From: a virus
DNA length: 64,000 nucleotides
IMG/VR virus record: IMGVR_UViG_3300042888_002402
Strand: one strand, 5' to 3'
Each line of letters opens with the position of its first letter. Position 1 is the stretch's first letter. Positions 59,201 through 64,000 of this stretch are shown here, in pieces. The position numbers and the translations under genes are program-made. The notes under the pieces were generated by a model. That model did not search any database. It saw only the letters and a list, made by a program, of their open reading frames with translations, and had not been told where the DNA came from.

Positions 59201-59585
59201 TACCAACTGGTCTAGTTAATGTAGCAGTCAACTGTGATAGATCAATGTCTACACGTTGTACGTAGCATCTATTAGATATACCAAGGGCCGAATACGCAGC
59301 CAATAAGCCGTATTCGTTAAGTTCGTAGCCATTGATTGGTGTTCCTGCTGCAGTGTTATAAAAGAACGGAACCCCAAAAGTAGATAACAAATCTCGTTGA
59401 CTTGTAATCAAGAATGTTTGATTAACAGTTGCTGCAGTTGTGCCTACTGCTATGCCAGTTCCAGCACCTGATATCTTATTTGACGCAGTGGCCAACAAAA
59501 TATAAGGAACAGAATTGGTTGCAGCTGGTATGTAATTACTTTGATCAATTACTGTAACTTGTACGCCGGGGGATAATAGAGCCAT
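56265..59585 (-). CDS. gp18: Tail sheath protein (enlarged)
   Basis: LLSPGVQV, PWLAPAGTRRG, INPI, RINVARL, LFEPND, IEPVKAIEFI. Confidence 0.95.
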   Translation of the reverse strand: MALLSPGVQVTVIDQSNYIPAATNSVPYILLATASNKISGAGTGIAVGTTAATVNQTFLITSQRDLLSTFGVPFFYNTAAGTPINGYELNEYGLLAAYSALGISNRCYVQRVDIDLSQLTATLTRPVGSPPNNTYWLDTANTAWGIFEWNQVTGAFTNQVPLVITDTANLETGSTVPLQSFGSIGQYAVTATSTTLPGYYKRGGPTSAQTSATELSDFNNTWVLIGSDDWKTAWPTVQGTLAPTSLTAGNTITINGTVVTVPVSPNNTVEGLSNAINTAAITGVYSAHIGGKLELYANSTATSDGSTEGTGIVNITASTGTVLANLGIVATTYFAPAYLASPNYTAPNWRSTAPQPEPTGSVWQKTNNVNLGTNIVMKRYNSTLGTFVQQACPVYYNDAAAIYALDPSGGGTNIPAGSTYAEVNPYYTELSGNGGTSGFLILERYATGPTIITGTDTTPGPFVSGNSFSIRATQPGTASLTSPPALVTLLGTTATDFVSAVSAAAVPYVSASINSSGALVFTHSTGGDIILANVTGTPVATAGFSTACVGVRSLDVTTNSLILSNWVGSTTFTYTASNSAPNQDPASGQLWYYSAIDQADIMISDNGVWVGYQNANPDVRGYDLSQTNATGPQFSPTAPTTQNNSSASPLVYGDLWIDTSDLENYPLINRWQDVDGQDQWVTLSNADQTTENGVLFADARWAPNGTTDPVTDPIPSIVSLLTSDYLDLDAPDPALYPQGILLFNTRRSGYNVKQFEANYFNATSYPPPDTLPTVTSTWLTASGLRIDGSPYMGRQAQRAMIVQALKAGIDSNTTIRENQNVFNLIACPQYPELASNMVALNNDRNDTGFVVVDTPLRLSPTDVVTWATNNNGLGIPAGDGLTTNDSYAATFYPSCQTTDLSGNSVVQPPSHMMVRTIIRSDSVSYPWLAPAGTRRGVVDNAFSLGFIDATTGEYTRNTINQGLRDTLYQNDINPITFIPGVGITNFGNLTLQATTTALDRINVARLVAYLRGRLQLIGNNYLFEPNDSITRAQITNSVTSLMIDLVNKRGIYDYLVVCDLSNNTPATIDRNELYVDIAIEPVKAIEFIYIPLRIQNTGTIAAQTTA

Positions 59586-59610
59586 GACAAAATCCTTTTT
59601 TCAATATAGA

Positions 59611-59676
59611 TATTTAGTAAAGATTGAAAAAAGAGCAGGTGTAAGAGTCCCTACTAGTAGGTTTTGCGTATAAATA
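59611..59676. promoter_or_regulatory. Divergent T4-type late promoters
   Basis: TAAATA minus 59611-16 and plus 59671-76; same box precedes about 23 genes in the window. Confidence 0.75.
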
Positions 59677-59681
59677 TCAGC

Positions 59682-60026
59682 ATGAGACCCATCTGTCAGA
59701 CATGTAATCAAAGACCCAGAGCCGTTGCGTACCATCGAAATGAGCAGGTACAATATCGTAAAATGTGTGAGTATTGTATTAAACGAAAACGGCGGGTTCC
59801 TGCTCCGACGGCTAGATGGAAATTAGCAGGGTATAAGAAAAAATCCACATGTGATCGGTGTGGATTTAGATCCAAATACACTGGTCAATTATTGGTGTAT
59901 CATATAGATGGAAATTTAAATAATAATACGTTGAGAAATTTAAAAACTATATGTTTAAACTGCACCGTTGACATTAAAAAAGCAGATCTACCTTGGACAC
60001 CTGGTGATCTTGAACCAGATTATTAA
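59682..60026 (+). CDS. Zn-binding HNH-like protein
   Basis: Four CxxC pairs; HIDGNLNNN...NL..ICLNC. Confidence 0.75.
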   Translation: MRPICQTCNQRPRAVAYHRNEQVQYRKMCEYCIKRKRRVPAPTARWKLAGYKKKSTCDRCGFRSKYTGQLLVYHIDGNLNNNTLRNLKTICLNCTVDIKKADLPWTPGDLEPDY

Positions 60027-60621
60027 TTTGAGAAAATAAATTATCTGTGGTAGAATTGTTGTCTACTGTAGCGTCAAACTCAGTTCCTATCCATGCAGTT
60101 TCACTGGCATGAATATTTTCTTTTTCTAACCAGCTGATAGCCGATGTGGATCCTTTATTTGCTTGTATAGCAATGTCATACCAGTGCGGTCTAATTCCTC
60201 GTTCTACACAAACTATAATACCGCCGGCATTTTTAATTGAGTTAACTTCGTTAGGAAAACGACAGTCACTGATAACAATATTGTCTTTACTATTTTGTAG
60301 TTTATGTTCTAAACTGGCAATCCAAATATCATCGTGAAATGCTTGTCGACAAACTTCTGTACCCCAGTATTGCAGGATCCAACGAGGAGTAAGATAAGGC
60401 ATATCAAGGCGTTTGGCCCACCATGAATCAACTTGTTCACGCCATTCTCGGGCTTGCGTAGTACGTCCTTCAAGCATGGTTCGGTCCCAGCCAAATACCT
60501 GGGCTACAGCATCTTTTAGACTGTTGGCAAAACTTTCTCTACAAAATTGATGTGCATCCACAAGGTAGTCAGCCACAGTATCTTTTCCACTTCCAATGAA
60601 TCCACACACGCCAATAATCAT
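59974..60621 (-). CDS. gp1: Deoxynucleoside monophosphate kinase
   Basis: GFIGSGKDT, TPRWILQYWGTE, ISDCRFPNE, HASE. Confidence 0.92.
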   Translation of the reverse strand: MIIGVCGFIGSGKDTVADYLVDAHQFCRESFANSLKDAVAQVFGWDRTMLEGRTTQAREWREQVDSWWAKRLDMPYLTPRWILQYWGTEVCRQAFHDDIWIASLEHKLQNSKDNIVISDCRFPNEVNSIKNAGGIIVCVERGIRPHWYDIAIQANKGSTSAISWLEKENIHASETAWIGTEFDATVDNNSTTDNLFSQINNLVQDHQVSKVDLLF

Positions 60622-60638
60622 ATCAATTCCTTTTAAAT

Positions 60639-61883
60639 TTAATTTTTAGTTTTATAATTAAAAACATTAATGCACTCTTGTTGAATCCAGTCTGGCAGAT
60701 TAACAAAATCATCTTCATTTAGGCAGTCTGGCCAACTGTCATCTTTTATTCTCTTATACCAATTGCACCATTGTGACTGGCTGGCACTATATGTCATTTC
60801 GTCTATTAATCTTATAACTTCTTCTATTTTACAATCTAAGGCATATTTGTCAATTAATTGTAGTAATCTATTAGAATTGTCTTGAGCCAATTCTAGCAGT
60901 CTTTGATAATTATACTCAACATCTTTTTCAATGTCATCTACATGATTATGCATATTGTCAATCCAATATTTGGTGTTGATCACAATTGCATCAAGCCTTT
61001 TTTCAGAAGACGCAATGTTATCGTAGTGCATTTTTGTGTAATTTTCAAATGTTTTAAATCCCATTTTTTTAAGTTTTTTTAATGTTCCTTTACTTGATGC
61101 CATTAAAAATGGGCGACGATTAATAATTGACAACCAAGTTTTTTCAGTTATCCACGGTGTAGATTTTTTAAAATTTGTTTCACTGATTACTTGAAACAAA
61201 CTGTTTTTATATAACTCAAGCTGATATGGAATGCCGCGGGGCACTGTCATACCAAATTTATGTAACATAGTTTCCATAGTTATACTATCTGGATTATTAC
61301 TATGGGTTAATAAAAATAAATTGTATTCATCATCCGAAAGCTCTTTTAAGAATTTTCGAGACCGTTGACGTGAATTATCATCGTTTACAAATAATGACCA
61401 AGTTGCATACGGCAACAAATTACGTTGTTTAAACTTATGAAGAAGACGAATTCTGTGTATTTTATATGGTTTTCCGGTCAAGAACAAAAATTTTTTATTA
61501 CTAGGATCCCAATTTAGTGCGACAGCAGATTCGTTATTAACTATTAATCTATAATAGGTCATTAATAAGAAAAAATCAACAAAAACTATTTCATCTACTA
61601 ATGATTTATCAATGATAGTTACTTGCTTTTGGTACCAAGAATTAATTATTAATAAAATTTTTGTTGTAGGATAATATTGTTTAATTAAATTAATTAATTT
61701 TATAAAATTTTCCTGCCAGGATTTTGTAGAGCTTGCTTCCCATAACTTAGTGAGCACCACACAATGATTAGGATATTTTATTAATGTGGCATGGACAGTA
61801 TTAAATAAATCTGTTACAGCCGTGAGATTTTTATCATATTGTAGCCTATCTATGTTACAAATAAAATGATTTTTAAAAATCAT
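60639..61883 (-). CDS. GT10-like hypothetical glycosyltransferase with C-terminal SWP module
   Basis: VISET...ITEKTW...PFL...GFKTF; module 60672-60758. Confidence 0.55.
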   Translation of the reverse strand: MIFKNHFICNIDRLQYDKNLTAVTDLFNTVHATLIKYPNHCVVLTKLWEASSTKSWQENFIKLINLIKQYYPTTKILLIINSWYQKQVTIIDKSLVDEIVFVDFFLLMTYYRLIVNNESAVALNWDPSNKKFLFLTGKPYKIHRIRLLHKFKQRNLLPYATWSLFVNDDNSRQRSRKFLKELSDDEYNLFLLTHSNNPDSITMETMLHKFGMTVPRGIPYQLELYKNSLFQVISETNFKKSTPWITEKTWLSIINRRPFLMASSKGTLKKLKKMGFKTFENYTKMHYDNIASSEKRLDAIVINTKYWIDNMHNHVDDIEKDVEYNYQRLLELAQDNSNRLLQLIDKYALDCKIEEVIRLIDEMTYSASQSQWCNWYKRIKDDSWPDCLNEDDFVNLPDWIQQECINVFNYKTKN

Positions 61884-62404
61884 ACTAATTCTTTTACTTT
61901 TAAATACTTAAGAGTGTCTTGTAAAAGATTAATTTGCCTTCTGCAATCTTCAAGAGCATGATGACTGGTTGCTGGTTTAGAAAGCCCGGGCCAGAGCCCA
62001 AACACAGTACGGCTATCTCGAACTGCATAAAATTGCCAAGGTACGGGTTTGCTATAACTCTTGTAAGCATGCTCTAAAATATTCATATCATATGTTGGCC
62101 CTTGCGCCCAAACACGCTTGCTTTGCCAGATTATTTTACCTAGCTCTTCCAGTGCTTGATCTAATGGAATACGATCATCTTCATTGAAGGCTTCTTCTCT
62201 AGCTGCAGTTGGTTGGGTAGCCCACCAATCTATTGTGCCTTGTTGTATGCTACGATTTTCTTGACTTTCGAGTGTGATACGAGCATAGTAATGCAAGTCA
62301 TAGTACCCTGTGCCCAAAGGATCAAAGCTTTGGGCTGCTATGGTAAGAATAGTAGTGTCAGGACCAGTTCCTAATCCTTCAATATCAATCATTAAATCTG
62401 CCAT
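61880..62404 (-). CDS. DEDDh 3'-5' exonuclease (DexA/RNase AS-like)
   Basis: LMIDIE, TIDWW, WAQG..YD, RDSRT, HHALEDC. Confidence 0.88.
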   Translation of the reverse strand: MADLMIDIEGLGTGPDTTILTIAAQSFDPLGTGYYDLHYYARITLESQENRSIQQGTIDWWATQPTAAREEAFNEDDRIPLDQALEELGKIIWQSKRVWAQGPTYDMNILEHAYKSYSKPVPWQFYAVRDSRTVFGLWPGLSKPATSHHALEDCRRQINLLQDTLKYLKVKELV

Positions 62405-62410
62405 ATGAGC

Positions 62411-62439
62411 AGTATAGCACAACCGCAATTAAAAGTCTA
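62411..62439 (-). promoter_or_regulatory. Sigma70 promoter, leaderless
   Basis: TAGACT-17-TATACT with extended TG; ATG 6 nt downstream. Confidence 0.7.
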
Positions 62440-62446
62440 ATTAATT

Positions 62447-63217
62447 TTATCCAATAACCCAAGTCAATGGTTGAGAACCATCCACATAGTTTTTAAGATC
62501 ATTGATACAGAATTCCATAATGGCTTTGCCTTCGGCTTTCATGGCAGCTCCATTTAGAGTACTTCCTCCTTGTGGGCCTGCAATTGTACCAAATTTTTCA
62601 CGTGCTTCACCAATGATCATTTTACAATTACCTAACATAAAATCACGTAACCATTGTGATATTTGTGGATCACTTAACAAGTTAAATTCAGGTTTATAAT
62701 TGTATGTCCAAAGTAGTACTGATTCGCCGGTTCCTTTGGGATCGCGAATTAGTTGTAGTTTTTTGGTCACGGGATTAAAAGTATAATTCATGTAAGCACC
62801 AAACATGCGGCCTGCCAATTCTACATACTGACTGTAAAAATCGTAGGTAGCTAGGCCGCCGGCTACATTAAAATTCATTAAGTAAACATTTAAACTTGCT
62901 TGACTAAACGGATCAAAATTACTTGCAAACGGTCCAGTTGAATCGCCAAATGTTCTACGAAAAATCTGTCTAACAGTCTGCACTTCTTGTGGTAGATCAT
63001 AGATGTTGACATCTTTAACCAGTTCCATAAAACTGTAGCTTTCTTCGTAGGCATTTTGTGCTCGTTGGCGGTAATTACCTATTGTAGAACGATATGCAGT
63101 TTCGTAATGTTCAGCATCTAATTCAAGATCAATGATGCCATCGCCCAATTGGTGACGTACATAGGTAAAAAGATTTTGTTTTAATGTGTCTAGCGATGAT
63201 TCTGTTTGAATGCCCAT
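62447..63217 (-). CDS. gp13: Neck protein
   Basis: LGDGIIDLEL, KF..I.GP.GGSTLNG, C-terminal WVIG; late box 63235-63240. Confidence 0.88.
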   Translation of the reverse strand: MGIQTESSLDTLKQNLFTYVRHQLGDGIIDLELDAEHYETAYRSTIGNYRQRAQNAYEESYSFMELVKDVNIYDLPQEVQTVRQIFRRTFGDSTGPFASNFDPFSQASLNVYLMNFNVAGGLATYDFYSQYVELAGRMFGAYMNYTFNPVTKKLQLIRDPKGTGESVLLWTYNYKPEFNLLSDPQISQWLRDFMLGNCKMIIGEAREKFGTIAGPQGGSTLNGAAMKAEGKAIMEFCINDLKNYVDGSQPLTWVIG

Positions 63218-63242
63218 TGGAACTCCAGTTTTTGTATTTATA

Positions 63243-64000
63243 TTAAAATACTGTGGTAGCTCCGCGTTTTTTACTTACTGCAAATAATTTGTTGTTTACA
63301 AACTTGGTTGGGCAAAATTTGCATTGCGGTATAACATCATCTATATGTGACAGAAAGTCTACACCGTTTTGATCAACTTCTTCTATGGTCAACGGCCTAT
63401 AACTGTTTAGTAATACTCTGTCTTCATCTGAAATATCCAACGCATGTTGTTGATCAAACTCAGGCATTAGCCCCACTGGCCCACACTTGTGCAATTTTCC
63501 ACGAATAAAGTGATAATTTTTGTACATGGCCATGCCACATACATCATGTGCTGCTTGAGGCAAGCTGTTGTGTAAGGTCAGTTTTCCTTGTGCATTTCTA
63601 TGTATATTTGCATTGTAAAAAGAATCGTACACCCAAACGTGAACATGCACTCCATTGCTGTCTTCAAACGCATAATCGGCCCCCCAAGTGGCAGATCCGC
63701 CAGAGCTGTTTAACGCATCTTTGCCAACCCATTTTTTCACTGGTCCTTGTAAGAACTTGTGTATCTCTTCAAAATATTTTTCTAATTCATTGGTATTGTG
63801 CACACTGACACCTATCCAATTGCCGCCTTGGTGTCTGTACTCGGCAATTGTATCATACAATCCAGCAACCTGGTTAAGCCTGGTTCCGTTTGTTAATAAC
63901 TGAACACGCTTGTTCCATAATCTGTTTAGCCCTCGAATCCAATCACAAACACTTGGATTCATCAACGGTTCGCCGCCCAACACAGTGATTTTTCGCAGGC
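63243..64000 (-). CDS. Radical SAM protein, C-terminal part (runs off window end)
   Basis: ITVLGGEP, LTNG, GKLHKC, QCKFCP; frame open to 64000. Confidence 0.8.
   Translation of the reverse strand, partial: LRKITVLGGEPLMNPSVCDWIRGLNRLWNKRVQLLTNGTRLNQVAGLYDTIAEYRHQGGNWIGVSVHNTNELEKYFEEIHKFLQGPVKKWVGKDALNSSGGSATWGADYAFEDSNGVHVHVWVYDSFYNANIHRNAQGKLTLHNSLPQAAHDVCGMAMYKNYHFIRGKLHKCGPVGLMPEFDQQHALDISDEDRVLLNSYRPLTIEEVDQNGVDFLSHIDDVIPQCKFCPTKFVNNKLFAVSKKRGATTVF

Noticed and set aside
174-63903. Numerous short plus-strand and alternative-frame ORFs in the track
   Set aside because: They shadow well-supported minus-strand genes and have no motifs, SD or promoter
1-64000. Stop-codon reassignment, introns or inteins in core genes
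   Set aside because: Core genes are full length in code 11 and uninterrupted, and TAA, TGA and TAG all serve as stops

Overview
A 64-kb segment of a large T4-like (myovirus, probably jumbo) phage genome, almost entirely on the minus strand. The host is probably a proteobacterium, judged from perfect sigma70 promoters and a proteobacterial-type IscU. Core replication and recombination genes: nrdA (partial), gp41 helicase, gp61 primase, UvsW, UvsX, UvsY, gp32, a gp62-like protein, dNMP kinase and a DexA-like nuclease. Core packaging and structural genes: small and large terminase, gp4, gp13, gp18 sheath, gp19 tube, a gp54-like protein and a beta-helix tail spike. Accessory genes: iscU-iscA, three radical SAM enzymes, six SGNH-like proteins, two GT10-like proteins, and a 9-kb glycosyltransferase/methyltransferase cluster. 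Many accessory genes are AT-rich and inserted, translationally coupled, between core genes. Regulation is readable: about 23 T4-type late boxes (TAAATA), 9 sigma70 promoters (many apparently leaderless) and several terminators. Most interesting observations: (1) an ungapped 29-aa module (Y..I/V.K/R.D.SWP.....DDF..LP..IQ.EC) shared by three unrelated accessory enzymes; (2) a set of putative capsid-packaged proteins with T4 internal-protein-like N-termini and gp21-type cleavage sites, including a 723-aa apparent polyprotein and a nucleotidyltransferase/ligase-like fusion; (3) an unannotated 47-aa ArfA-like ORF inside a tandem early-promoter array; (4) a 192-aa minimal DnaE keeping all three catalytic aspartates; (5) an exact 25-nt-periodic repeat in the gp32 leader. 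All family assignments come from motif recognition by eye, not database searches.
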